Shown: positions 28,161-38,892, numbered from the stretch's first letter. The stretch is 64,000 bases of DNA from an uncultured delta proteobacterium (GCA_963803435.1 CAWDML010000010.1:93485-157484), one strand, 5' to 3'. Translations and numbers: made by a program. The notes: generated by a model from the letters alone, not told the origin.

Positions 28161-29220
28161 TCAGTCGTCGTCTTCTTCGTCGGGTCCGTTTTGCAGCCAC
28201 GCCGGGTCGATCGGCACGTCGACGTCGACCGCATCTCCGTCCGGCGGCTCCGCGGGCGGCGCGGCCTCCGGGGGTGGAGGTGGTGGCGGCGGCGGCGCGG
28301 CCTGGGGCGGAGGCGGCGGTGCGGCCTCTTCGGGGGGCGGCGGCGGCGGCGGCGGCGGCGCGGCCTGGGGCGGCGGCGGCGGTGCGGCCTCCGCCGGTGG
28401 CGGCGCGGCGGGTGGCGGCGCGTCCGCGGGGGGCGGCGGCGGCGGTGCCACCGGCGCGGCGTCCGCAGGCGGCGGTGCGTCCGGAGGCGGTGCGACCGGC
28501 GCGGCGTCCGCGGGCGGCGGCGGCGCGTCGGCAGGCGGAGGTGCGACCGGAGGTGCCACCGGCGCGGCAGGCGGCGGTGCGACCGGCGGCGCAACCGGCG
28601 GCGCAACCGGTGTTGCGCTCGGTGCCTGGGCCGCCGGCTTTCGACGATGCCGCCGGCGATGGGTGGGCGCGTGCGTCGCGCCCTTGCCGGCTCCCGGCGC
28701 CGGCCGGACCCGCACCGAGACGATGCTCGGCCCGCTCACCGGCGTCGGCGGGGGCGCTGCGCCCTCCGGCTCCGTGGGCCTCGACGGCGCCGCCGCGTGC
28801 GGCGCGTCGGGCGGCCGCTTCGCGTGCGGTTCCGGGCGCGGCCCGCTCCGCTTGACGACGATCGTGGATATCCTCGTCGGGCGTCGGCCCCGGGTAGACG
28901 TGCTCGACGCGATGTTTGACCCGGAGCGTGTAGTACCACATGCCGCGCCGCGGATTGTGGGTGGTGTTGGGCGTCAGCTCGTGCGCGGGCCGCGCCTCGG
29001 GCGGCGTCACCCGCACCTTCTGGTCGCCGAACGGGAACGTCGTCGCCGACGCGAATGGGCTCTCGACGATGAGCGCGTTCCGCGTCGTCGTCGATTGCAC
29101 CGGGGTGGTGTCCGAGTCCTGCTTCGGTCCGTGCGTCGCGAGCACCGCCGCGCCGACCGCGGCGACCGCGACGACCGGCGTTGCCGGATGACCGAAGATG
29201 ATTTGCCCCGCCTTCTTCAT
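28161..29220 (-). CDS. Pro-rich surface protein, paralogue B (frameshift ~28866)
   Basis: N-terminal TM, PNTTHNPRRGMWYY...HVYP; deleting one base near 28866 gives EDITIVVK and joins the Pro-rich ORF 28161..28739. Confidence 0.7.
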
Positions 29221-29254
29221 CACATTCTCCACTGCTCCGCTTGGGCGCGGGCGT

Positions 29255-29719
29255 TCAAACGGGCGTCCCCAGGTAGCCGAATCGAAGCCAGTCGATGCGC
29301 ACCACCTTCTGGCTAGAGGGCGTCCAGACGTTCACGTAGTAGCCGCTGGCCTCGGGCGGAACGATCTTGTGCTCGCGTATGAGTCGGCGGATCTGTCGCG
29401 AGAGCTCGCGCTTGCCGCGCGTTGATCCCTTGCACTCGATGACCCCTTTGGCGCCGAGCTGCGTGACGTAGACGCGGCAGTCGAGATCGTATTTCCGCCC
29501 GACTCGCTTCGCCACGCGGTTCACCAGATTGGCGGCGGCGACTCCGGTCTTCGGCGAGCGCGCGGCGCGGGCGGTCTTCGCGGTCTTCGCGGTGACCAGC
29601 TCGTATCGATCGCCGCTGTCGCGCTGCGGCGTGGTGTTCGCCGACGCTGCGGTGGCGCCCGCTGCGGGTAGAAGCAACGTCGCCCCGATGGCTGCGGTCG
29701 TGAGTCGTTTGCTGCGCAT
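29255..29719 (-). CDS. secreted basic hypothetical protein
   Basis: AGGAGG RBS, Sec signal, TARAA then a basic domain with two Cys. Confidence 0.7.
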   Translation of the reverse strand: MRSKRLTTAAIGATLLLPAAGATAASANTTPQRDSGDRYELVTAKTAKTARAARSPKTGVAAANLVNRVAKRVGRKYDLDCRVYVTQLGAKGVIECKGSTRGKRELSRQIRRLIREHKIVPPEASGYYVNVWTPSSQKVVRIDWLRFGYLGTPV

Positions 29720-29736
29720 GTGAACCTCCTCGTTCC

Positions 29737-30687
29737 TCACTCCGGCCGCGTCTCAGGGCCGGTGCTCTCGAGCAGCGGATCAGGAGGCGGCTCCGATCCA
29801 TCGATGCTGGCGTCGATCTCGTCGTCCGTCTCGTCGGGCGCCTCGGCCTGCGTGGGCTCGGGCGGCGCCGGCGGACTGATCTCCGGAGCCGGCGGCGGCG
29901 GTGGCGGTGGCGCCGCCGGCTCCGGAGGTGGCGGTGTCGGCGCGGGATCCGGCGTCGCCGCCGCGGGCGCCACGGGCGGGGGCGGAGGGGGCGCCGCGGA
30001 CTCGTCCGGCACGACCGGCGCCGGCGGTGGAGCCGGAGGCGCGGGCGGGATGGACGCGTCCGGCGGCGCCGCGGAAACCGGAGGCTCGGGGGGAGCAGGC
30101 GGCGGTGGCGCAGGCGGCGGCGCAACCGGCGGCGGCTCAGGCGTCGGTGCCAGCACCGCTCGACCGGGCGTCGCCTGCCCCACCCCCCGATGTCGCTTTC
30201 GACGGTGGATCGTCGCGGGTGCTGGCGCCGGTGCGGGCGAGACCGGCGCGGCGCTCGAGGGCCCGACGGGCGCGGGCGCGGGCACCGTCGCGGGCGTGCT
30301 CCGCCGTTGGGCGGCATGAATCCGCACGGTCACCAGGTTGAGCTTGGCCGGCGCCTTCACGACAATCTCGAGCGGCTCTCCCGGCCTCGGATAGACGTGC
30401 TTCGTGCCCGGGTGGAGCGCGACGACGTAGTACTGCATGCCGCGGCGTGCGTTGTGCGTGGTGTTGGGGACGAGCTTCGGGCCCGACGGCGTTCTCACGG
30501 TCACGCTTCGATCACCCAGACGGAACCCGCCGATGGATTCAGGGAGCAGGCCACCCGCGTGGGCTGAACCGGCCGGAGGCGCCGGGACGGGATCGGGCGC
30601 CTTGCTCGAGTGCCCCGAGGTCGCGAGACCGACTCCGACCGCCGCGACGGCGACGGCGGGGGCCGCCGTGAACACCAGCTTCTTCAT
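29737..30687 (-). CDS. Pro-rich surface protein, paralogue A
   Basis: N-terminal TM, PNTTHNARRGMQYY...HVYP...EIVVK, HRRKRHR, poly-Pro stalk, acidic tail. Confidence 0.75.
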   Translation of the reverse strand: MKKLVFTAAPAVAVAAVGVGLATSGHSSKAPDPVPAPPAGSAHAGGLLPESIGGFRLGDRSVTVRTPSGPKLVPNTTHNARRGMQYYVVALHPGTKHVYPRPGEPLEIVVKAPAKLNLVTVRIHAAQRRSTPATVPAPAPVGPSSAAPVSPAPAPAPATIHRRKRHRGVGQATPGRAVLAPTPEPPPVAPPPAPPPPAPPEPPVSAAPPDASIPPAPPAPPPAPVVPDESAAPPPPPPVAPAAATPDPAPTPPPPEPAAPPPPPPPAPEISPPAPPEPTQAEAPDETDDEIDASIDGSEPPPDPLLESTGPETRPE

Positions 30688-30776
30688 GCATTGGGAGTTT
30701 TCGTCGCGGACCTGGCCCGCGACGTTCACCCGAGGTCAGCAGCCTTTTAACGGGGGGAGGCCACAAGTGCGCCGGA

Positions 30777-31949
30777 TCAAAGGCTTTGGAGACCCGAGAG
30801 CGGCGCCTGGAGGAAGAGCAGCTCCAGCCGCTCCTTGGCCTCGGTGTATCGCTTCGCGCGCGCCTCGGACCAGCTCGGGTCGGCCTCGTCGAAGGCGTCC
30901 GGCTCGGGCCAATGATCGGGGAACGGGTTCTTCCACTCCCCGCCGTCGACGTCGCCCGCGCCGACCGGCGCGTCCAGCACGGCCTTCACCGGATCGACGT
31001 ACTCGAACGGGAGATCCTCCGCCCCGTCGCGAAAGTGGACGTACACCGCGCCGACGAGCCCAGGCAGCGAGTCGCCCGCGGGGTCCGGCGGGGGCAGGCC
31101 AGTGTTGTACCGAGGGTCCCGCGTGTCCGAGGTGTAGCCGGCGAATCGATAGCCGCCCTTTTGATGAAGCCGGTGCGAGGCGACGTTGTTGCTCCGCGGG
31201 TCGAAGGGACCGCTCGGATCGTGCGCGTCGAGATCATCCTGGGTGAACACGGCGACGTGCGCCACCAGCGGATACGACTTGTGATACCACCTGAGCACTT
31301 CGGCCTGGAGCGCGGCGGCGAGTCGCTTCCCGCGGAAGGCCGGATGGATCGCGATCTGCGACATGTAGATGAACCGGCCCGACTCCAGCACCTGGCGCGC
31401 GCGCCGTCCGTGCGGGCCGACGAACTTGTGCTTGCCCGCCGGCCGGCTGATGAAGCGCGCCGCAGAGACGGTCTGAAACGCGATCACCTCGCCCGCGTGG
31501 TCCTCGGCCACCCAGAAGTCCTTGTAGTGCCGCATCGCGAAGCGGATCGCGTCCGGTGACGACTTCTGGACCAGCCATCCGTTCTTCGGGTGGTCGGCCG
31601 CATCGATCTTCCTCAGCGCGTAGTGCTCCTGGATCGCGGCGATCGCCTCCGCATCCTCCGGCCGGGCCCGGCGCACGCACTTCACGCCGTCGGGGAGCTC
31701 GACCACCGGATCGATGGCGTGGGCGCGCTTCACCAGGCCGTGGTGCGGGGCGCTCGCCGCGAGGGGCGAGGCCTCGGGCGTCGTGCGAGGGTCCTGCGGC
31801 TCGGACGTGTCGTCGATGTGGAGCGCGCGTCTACGTGCGGCGACGGCAGGCAGGTCCACATCGGGATTGTCGGACGGCGCGATCGTTTGTTGCGTCTCGC
31901 GCAGGGAAAGGCCCCTGTCATTGACAGCCACCCGGCGACGCGTTCTCAC
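30777..31949 (-). CDS. GNAT-family acetyltransferase-like protein (start uncertain)
   Basis: VRRARPEDAEAI, SQIAIHPAFRGKRLA, N.ASHRLHQK.GY. Confidence 0.7.
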   Translation of the reverse strand: MRTRRRVAVNDRGLSLRETQQTIAPSDNPDVDLPAVAARRRALHIDDTSEPQDPRTTPEASPLAASAPHHGLVKRAHAIDPVVELPDGVKCVRRARPEDAEAIAAIQEHYALRKIDAADHPKNGWLVQKSSPDAIRFAMRHYKDFWVAEDHAGEVIAFQTVSAARFISRPAGKHKFVGPHGRRARQVLESGRFIYMSQIAIHPAFRGKRLAAALQAEVLRWYHKSYPLVAHVAVFTQDDLDAHDPSGPFDPRSNNVASHRLHQKGGYRFAGYTSDTRDPRYNTGLPPPDPAGDSLPGLVGAVYVHFRDGAEDLPFEYVDPVKAVLDAPVGAGDVDGGEWKNPFPDHWPEPDAFDEADPSWSEARAKRYTEAKERLELLFLQAPLSGLQSL

Positions 31950-31957
31950 CGTCTGCG

Positions 31958-32866
31958 ATGGGCGAGGCGCGGGACATCCTCTCCAACGTGTGGAAGTGGC
32001 TTCCGGTGTTCCGAAGCGTCGCCGAGACGCAGAGCGTGTCGCAGGCGGCGCGTGTGCTGGGCGTGAGTCCCCCTGCGGTCTCCCGTGCGCTTCAGCAGCT
32101 CGAGGCGGGGATCGGCCGTGAGCTGTTCGATCGCAAGGGGCGCCAGATCGTCCTCAACCCCGACGGCGAGGTCTTGCTCGAGGCGCTCCGCGAGGTCGAT
32201 GTACGCCTCGAAGCGGTGATCGAACGCCTCGCGGATCGCGACGCCTCCGGCGCAGTGCGCTTGGGATCGATGGGACAGCTTGGCCGCGCCTTCTTGTTGC
32301 CCGCGATCCGCCTGTTGAGCGAGCGCTATCCTCGCCTCCAGCTCTCGATCGTCCACCACGAGCCGGAGCTCGCCATCGAGCAGCTCAAGGCCGGCATGCT
32401 GGACCTCTACCTCGCGCTCAATGTCAGCGTCGGTGAGCCGCTCAGCGCGGTCCGCCTGGCCGACCTCGAGCTCGCCGTCTACGCCGGCCGCACCCACCCG
32501 CTCTTCTCCGCGTTGGAGATGCGGCCCGAGGACCTTGAGCAGCACGGATTCGCAGCCCAGCGCCGCCCCGGCCTGATGCGATCCATCTGGCCCAGCACGC
32601 TCAAGCGAACCGTGACGCTCGAGACCGACTCCCACGCGATCGCGCTCGACGCCTGTCTCGCCGGCTCCCACTTGATGGTGATGGAGCGCGTGATCGCCGC
32701 GCCGATGGTCGCTCAGGGTGAGCTGCGCGAGCTCAGGGTCGATGCGCTCGAGCCGGCGCGGCTGTCGCTCTGCCGGCACGCCCACTCCTCGCATCATCTC
32801 CTGCTGGACCGCGTGGCGACCGCCATCCAGACGACCGTCGAGGAGCTGCTCCGCGAGCACGTGTGA
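31958..32866 (+). CDS. LysR family transcriptional regulator
   Basis: SVSQAA..LGVSPPAVSRALQQLE..IG..LFDRKGR HTH. Confidence 0.93.
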   Translation: MGEARDILSNVWKWLPVFRSVAETQSVSQAARVLGVSPPAVSRALQQLEAGIGRELFDRKGRQIVLNPDGEVLLEALREVDVRLEAVIERLADRDASGAVRLGSMGQLGRAFLLPAIRLLSERYPRLQLSIVHHEPELAIEQLKAGMLDLYLALNVSVGEPLSAVRLADLELAVYAGRTHPLFSALEMRPEDLEQHGFAAQRRPGLMRSIWPSTLKRTVTLETDSHAIALDACLAGSHLMVMERVIAAPMVAQGELRELRVDALEPARLSLCRHAHSSHHLLLDRVATAIQTTVEELLREHV

Positions 32867-32933
32867 TCGGAGGCTGCGACCACGGCGCCGGCGGTGGCGC
32901 CCGCAAGCGAAGTGGTCTAGTCTCGACGCCCGC

Positions 32934-33236
32934 GTGCTGCGCTTGCTCGCCATCCTCGCGCTCGTGCTGGTCACCGCCCGTGTGAGCGGAGCCTGCGGGC
33001 TCGAGGCCGGCGGGCGCTGCCTCCAGCAGTGCGCGGACGACGACCCCAGCGGGAACTGCGGGGTCGATTGCCACGATTGCTCCTGCTGCCTCCATCCGAC
33101 GCCGATCGTGTTCGTTCCCAGCGAGCTGCCCTCATCTCCGGGCGTCACCTTCGCCTCCCCCGAACCCTCGCCGCTCGCGCCTGCGTCGCGCGACGCCGAC
33201 GAGATCCTCCACATCCCCAAAGCGCTCCTCTGTTGA
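32934..33236 (+). CDS. small Cys/His-rich protein upstream of czcCBA (CzcI/DUF2946-like)
   Basis: Hydrophobic N-terminus, C..DCHDCSCCLH, ends EILHIPK. Confidence 0.6.
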   Translation: MLRLLAILALVLVTARVSGACGLEAGGRCLQQCADDDPSGNCGVDCHDCSCCLHPTPIVFVPSELPSSPGVTFASPEPSPLAPASRDADEILHIPKALLC

Positions 33237-33309
33237 TCCCCTGGTAGCTCCCCGAATCGTTTGAACGGGGCGACGTGCGCCGGGCGCCGTTGGCCCGCGC
33301 GAGGCGTCT

Positions 33310-34602
33310 ATGAAACGAGCGCGTCCGGTGGCGATCTGGGTCGTCACCGCGTCCGGTGTCTTCGCCGGTCGACCAAGCATCGCCGAGGCCGCGGGTCCGT
33401 CGTGTGAGGAGAAGATCACCCGCAGCACCATCGTGGCCTGCGCGCTCGCGGGCGGAACCGGCCGCCGGATCGCGATCGAAGAGCAGCGAGCGGCCGAGGG
33501 CCGGGTCGAGGCCGCCGGCGTGGTCCTGCCCTCCAATCCCGAGCTGTCGCTGGAGGCGGCCCGTCGCTGGGCGCCGGATGCGGGCTCGACCTTCGACTGG
33601 AGCGCCTCGCTCTCCCAGACCTTCGAGATCGGCGGCCAGCGCTCGGCGCGCCTCGAGCTCGCGGAGGGCATGCACGCGCGCTCGTCGGCGAGCGTGCGGG
33701 TCATCTCGCGGGCCATCGCAGCCTCCGCGTTGATCGCCTACCTCGACGTGCTCGCCGCTCTCGAGCTGCTCCAGCTGACGGACCGCCTCGCGGAGGCCGC
33801 AGGGACGCTGACCACGGTCGTCCAGGCGCGCTCCGCCGAGGGCGTGGCCGCGCCGCTCGACGCGGCGGTCGCCTATGCGGCGGGCGTCCAGCTCCTCCGG
33901 GCCCGCGCTCGGGCCGAGCGCCGCTGGGAAGAGCGGCGCGCCGAGCTGGCGGTCCGCCTCGGGCTCGATCCGCGGGCGCCGCCCAGGATCGAGGGCGAGG
34001 TGGCGCCCCTGACCGTGTCCTCGACCGACGCCGCGGTGCTCCTCGCCGGCGCCGACCGCGAACGGCCCGAGCTCGTCGCCGCCAAGGCCGAGCACCGGGC
34101 GGCCCTCGCCGCGGTGGAAGTGCTGCGCAGGGAGCGGATTCCGAATCTGACCCTGTCCATCTTCGTCGCCCACGATGGATTCGACGAGCGGGTCGCCGGC
34201 GGCGCGCTCGCTCTCCCCATCCCGCTCCCGTCGCCGCTGGGGCGCGTGAACGCAGGAGAGATTGCAGGAGCCGAGGCTCGCGAGCGTCGCTCGGCCCTCG
34301 AGCTCGAGCAGCTGCGGCGCAACGTGCACCTCGAGGTGGTCTCGGCGCTCGCCGACTTCGAGAGCCGCACCCGTGAGCTCCGGCTCTTCGACTCCGAGCA
34401 CGCACGCCGCGCCGAACAGACGCTGTCGGCCCTGGCCGAGGAGATCGCGTCGGGTCGTCTCGGCGCGCGGGACGCATTGACCTCGGAGCAGGCGCTCCTC
34501 GAGCTCCTCCGAGCCCACCTCGAAGCCAAGCACGCGGTCGCGGCCGCGTCCGTCGAGCTCGCGCGTGCCGCGGGCCTGCCGCTGGAAGGACAGAGACCAT
34601 GA
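33310..34602 (+). CDS. czcC: TolC-family outer-membrane efflux protein (CzcC-like)
   Basis: NPELSL, SQTFEIGG.R, RPEL, IPNLTL, IPLP; first gene of RND operon. Confidence 0.8.
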   Translation: MKRARPVAIWVVTASGVFAGRPSIAEAAGPSCEEKITRSTIVACALAGGTGRRIAIEEQRAAEGRVEAAGVVLPSNPELSLEAARRWAPDAGSTFDWSASLSQTFEIGGQRSARLELAEGMHARSSASVRVISRAIAASALIAYLDVLAALELLQLTDRLAEAAGTLTTVVQARSAEGVAAPLDAAVAYAAGVQLLRARARAERRWEERRAELAVRLGLDPRAPPRIEGEVAPLTVSSTDAAVLLAGADRERPELVAAKAEHRAALAAVEVLRRERIPNLTLSIFVAHDGFDERVAGGALALPIPLPSPLGRVNAGEIAGAEARERRSALELEQLRRNVHLEVVSALADFESRTRELRLFDSEHARRAEQTLSALAEEIASGRLGARDALTSEQALLELLRAHLEAKHAVAAASVELARAAGLPLEGQRP

Positions 34603-35771
34603 ACGCTCGAGCCCGAGCCCTCTTCATCACGTCGTTCGTCGCGACCGCCTGCGCGGATCCGGAGCGCTCCATTCCCGACGCCGCGGTGGGCGAGCCCCAA
34701 CACCTCGACGAGCCCGAGCACGCGCCCGTCCCCACTCGGGTCAACCTGTCTCCGGACGTCGTCGAGGCCGCCCGGATCCGATGGGCCCCGGCCGCGCGGG
34801 AGCCGTTGGAGCGCGTGGTCGAGCTCCCGGGAGAGGTGGTGGCGGATCCCGACCGCACGGCGAGGATCGTTCCGCCTGCCGACGGGATCATCGAGCGGGT
34901 CGACTTTCGCGAGGGCGACCACGTCGCGAAGGGGTCGGTGCTCTCCGTCCTTCGCATGGTCGACCTCCCCGAACGGCGCGCCGCCGCCTCTGCGCAGGCA
35001 GCTCGAGCGCATGCCGCTGCGGCCAACGCCGCGCGCCTGGAAGCGCTCGCGAAGAGAGGGCTCGCTTCGGAGCAGGAGGCCGCGACGGCCCGCGCCGAGG
35101 CGGACGCAGTGGCGGCCGAGGCCGACGCCGCGCGGCAGCGGCTCGGCGCCCTCGGGACCAGAGGTACGGGCGCTGGCTCCGCGCTCGAGCTCCGCACACC
35201 GATCGCGGGAACGATCATCGAACGGCACGCGGTGGTCGGCGATCGGGCGAGCGTCGAGCGCCCGCTCGCGACCGTGGTCGACCTCTCGCAGGTCTGGTTC
35301 CTCGGTCGGGTCTTCGAGCGCGACCTCGCCTCGATCCGGACGACCGCCCGGGCGGAGGTCGAGCTCAACGCCTACCCCGACCAGCGCTTCGACGGTCGGG
35401 TCGAATACCTCGCCCAGCAGATCGACCCGGTGGCTCGCACCGTCGTCGCCCGGGTGACGCTCGAGAACCACGACGGTCTCCTGCGCCTCGGCCTGTTCGG
35501 CACGGCTCGGGTTGCGCTGGGGCGAACGCGGGACACTCCCTCCATCGTCGTCCCTCGCTCTGCGGTGACCGACCTGCAGTCGAGGCCGATCGTCTTCGTG
35601 AGGCACAGCGACGGTGACTTCGAGCGCCACGACGTCACGCTGGGTGACGATGCGCTGGGAAAGGTCGAGATCCTCTCCGGCCTTCGCGAGGGCGAGGAGG
35701 TCGTCACCGAGGGCGTCTTCACCCTCAAGAGCGCGGTGCTGAGGCAGACCTTCGGCGAAGAGGAGGAGTGA
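34599..35771 (+). CDS. czcB: RND periplasmic adaptor (CzcB-like)
   Basis: TPIAGTI, DLSQVW, G.VEY...IDP..RT, N.DG.LR.G.F. Confidence 0.88.
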   Translation: MNARARALFITSFVATACADPERSIPDAAVGEPQHLDEPEHAPVPTRVNLSPDVVEAARIRWAPAAREPLERVVELPGEVVADPDRTARIVPPADGIIERVDFREGDHVAKGSVLSVLRMVDLPERRAAASAQAARAHAAAANAARLEALAKRGLASEQEAATARAEADAVAAEADAARQRLGALGTRGTGAGSALELRTPIAGTIIERHAVVGDRASVERPLATVVDLSQVWFLGRVFERDLASIRTTARAEVELNAYPDQRFDGRVEYLAQQIDPVARTVVARVTLENHDGLLRLGLFGTARVALGRTRDTPSIVVPRSAVTDLQSRPIVFVRHSDGDFERHDVTLGDDALGKVEILSGLREGEEVVTEGVFTLKSAVLRQTFGEEEE

Positions 35772-35772
35772 G

Positions 35773-38700
35773 ATGCCGTTCCTCTCCGCGATCGTCGGCT
35801 TCTCCCTCAGGAACCGCCCGCTGGTCTTGGCCGCGGCGTGCGTCCTGGTCGTCTTCGGGCTTCGCGCAGCCGTGTCGCTCCCGATCGATGCGGTTCCCGA
35901 CGTCACGAACATCCAGGTCCAGGTCATCACCTCCGCCCCTGCGCTCTCTCCCGTGGAGATCGAGCAGTACGTCACGGTGCCGGTCGAGCGGGCGATGGCC
36001 GGGATCCCCAGCGTCACCCGCGTGCGATCGATCTCGAAGTACGGTCTGTCGGTCGTCACGATCGACTTCACGGACGACACGAACATCTACTTCGCGCGTC
36101 AGCTGGTCACCGAGCGGATGAGCGAGGCCCGCGAAGCGGTCCCCTCGAAGTACGGCTCGCCCGAGATGGGACCGATCAGCACGGCGCTCGGCGAGATTTT
36201 CCAGTTCGTGGTGCGGAACGACTCCATGAGCATCATGCAGCTCGAGGAGCTGCTCGACTGGTACATCGCGCCGGCGCTCCGGACCACGCCGGGCGTCGTC
36301 GAGGTGAACAGCTTCGGCGGCGAGGACAAGCAATACCAGGTGGTGCTGGATCCCAAGCGGCTTCAGGCCGCGGGCGTGTCCGTCGCGGAGGTGGTGGCGG
36401 CCCTCGAGCGGGCGAACGCGACCGCCGGCGGCGGCTACCTCGAGCAGGACGGCGAGCACTTCGTGATCGGCACCGAGGGCCAGATCGGGAGCCTCGACGA
36501 CCTCCGCGAGGTCGTCATCGGCGCGACACCCCAGGGGGTACCGGTCACGATCTCGACGGTCGGAGACGCCCGCTTCGGGCCGCGGCTCCGGCACGGCGCC
36601 GCCTCCAAGGATGGAGAAGGTGAGGTGGTGGTCGGCGTGGCCCTCATGCTGATGGGCGAGAACTCGCGAAAGGTCACGGAGGCGGTGAAGCAGAAGATCC
36701 GCGAGCTGATGCCCAGCCTCCCGGAAGGCACGCGCATCGAGCCCTTCTACGACCGGGCCGCGCTGGTCGATCGCACGATCCACACCGTCGGGCCGGAACC
36801 TGATCGAGGGCGCGCTGCTGGTGGTGCTCGTGCTCTTTCTCCTGCTGGGCGAGATTCGTGGCGGGATCGTGGTCGCCACCGTCATCCCGCTCTCGATGTT
36901 GTTCACGCTCATCGCCATGAACGTCCTGCACGTGTCCGGAAACCTGATGAGCCTCGGCGCGATCGACTTCGGTCTCATCGTCGACGGCGCCGTGATCATC
37001 GTCGAGAATGCGACCCGACGGATGAGCGAGGAGAGCGCGAGCGGACCCGGGCCGCTCACCGCCACCGAGCGCATGGACTCGGTGAAGCGGGCCACGCTCG
37101 AGGTGCTGGGACCGGCGACCTTCGGCGTAGGCGATCATCGCGATCGTCTACCTACCGATCGTCTCGCTCACCGGCATCGAGGGGAAGCTGTTCCGGCCCA
37201 TGGCGACCACGGTGCTGCTCGCCCTCGCCGGATCCTTCGCGCTCTCGTTGACAGTGGTGCCGGTCCTGGCGAGCTACCTGGTCCGCCCCGCCCGCACGGC
37301 GAGGAGACCTGGATCCTGCGCCAGGTCCACCGCCTCTATCGGCCCCTCTTCGACCGGGCCATCCGCCACCGCGCGATCACGCTCCTGGTCAGCTTTTTCC
37401 TCCTCGTGCTCGCGGGCGCTGTCTTCATGCAGCGCGGGGCGGAGTTCGTCCCGCAGCTCGACGAAGGCGACATCCTGGTCGAGGCCCGCCGGCTGCCAGG
37501 GGTCGCGCTCGAGCGAGTCGATCGCGACCGACCTTCGCCTGCAGAAGGCCATCCTCGCGATTCCCGAGGTGGAGCACGTGGTCAGTCAAGACCGGCGCGC
37601 CCGAGCTGGCCACCGATCCGATGGGCATGGAGCAGACCGACGTCTACATCGCTCTACAGGATCGGGCCGCGTGGCGCCCGGCCTCGACAAAGCCGGAGCT
37701 TGCGGCCGAGATCGGTCGAGCGCTCGAGCGATCGGTCCCGGAGGTGGCGGGCGGGATCTCGCAGCCGATCCAGATGCGGACGAACGAGCTGGTCGCCGGC
37801 GTGCAGTCCGACGTCGCGGCCATCATTTATGGGCCCGAGCTGGATCGGCTGGCCCGCTCCGGCGAGCGGATCGCGACGGTGGTGCGGACGGTGCAGGGCG
37901 CGACGGACGTGCGCGTCGAACAGACGGCCGGGTTGCGCTACCTCCGCGTGATTCCGGATCGTGCGAAGCTGGCGCGCTACGGGCTCACGATCGAGGACGT
38001 CAACGAGATCACCGAGACGATGTCCGTCGGTCACCCGGTGGGATCGATCCTCGAGGGCGAGCGGCGCTTCGGGCTGGTGGTCAAGACGGCACACGGCTTC
38101 TCGGGTGATCTCGACGCGCTCGAGCGCCTGCCCCTCAAGTCGATGACCGGTCAGATCGTCCCCCTCGGCGATGTCGCGCGCCTGGAGTTCAGGCGCGGCC
38201 CGCTCCAGGTGAGCCGCGAGCAGCAGTCCCGACGGCTCACCGTCGAGTTCAACGTGCGGGGCCGTGACCTGGTCTCGGTGGTGGAGGACGTACAGGCTGC
38301 GGTGTCTCGCGAGGTGAAGCTCCCAGCGGGCTATTGGATCGAGTGGGGCGGACAGTTTCGCCACTTCCTCGACGCCAAGGGGCGGCTCCTGGTCGCCGTC
38401 CCGCTGGCGATGGCCTCGATCCTGCTCCTCCTGTGGATGGCCTTCCGCTCCATGCCGGAGGCGCTGATCATCTTCCTCAACATTCCGTTCGCGGCCATCG
38501 GCGGTGTGCTCGCGCTCGCCTTGCGAGGCATTCCCTTCTCCATCTCGGCCGGCGTGGGGTTCATCGCGCTCTTCGGCGTGGCGGTGCTCAATGGGCTGGT
38601 GCTGGTCTCCTTCGCGCGCGGTCGCGAGCGCGAGGGTGTCCCGCCGCATCGCGCGATCCGTGAGGCCGCCGAGCTTCGCTTCCGCCCGGTCCTGATGACA

Positions 38701-38892
38701 GCGCTGGTGGCTTCGCTGGGGTTCGTGCCCATGGCGCTCTCCACGGCCCCAGGCTCGGAGGTTCAGCGCCCGCTGGCGACGGTGGTCATCGGAGGGCTGG
38801 TCACGTCGACGCTGCTGACGCTGCTCGTCCTGCCTACGATCTACGCGCTCGTCCGGGCTCGACGCTCGCCCGCGCCCCGCTATTCCCGGTAG
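35773..38892 (+). CDS. czcA: CzcA/CusA heavy-metal RND transporter, about five frameshifts (probable sequencing errors)
   Basis: LPIDAVPDVTN.QV, GNLMSLGAIDFGLIVDG, GIEGKLFRPMA, GFIALFGVAVLNG, RPVLMTA, GSEVQRPLA; indels near 36790, 37130, 37288, 37510, 37589. Confidence 0.9.

Noticed and set aside
28230-28620. GGC-rich simple repeats (also 9285-9310, 9935-9963, 10430-10570, 29880-30140)
   Set aside because: They encode poly-Pro or poly-Gly tracts; no independent DNA-level function evident.
27325-29232. 635-aa ORF appearing to fuse the PNTTHN domain to the toxin
   Set aside because: The middle is an off-frame reading of the Pro-rich stalk; paralogue A shows the right frame, and the toxin has its own RBS and signal peptide.
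30688-30730. Possible shared ECF promoter (TGAACG) upstream of both Pro-rich paralogues
   Set aside because: Only the -35-like word is shared; the -10 regions differ, too weak to call.
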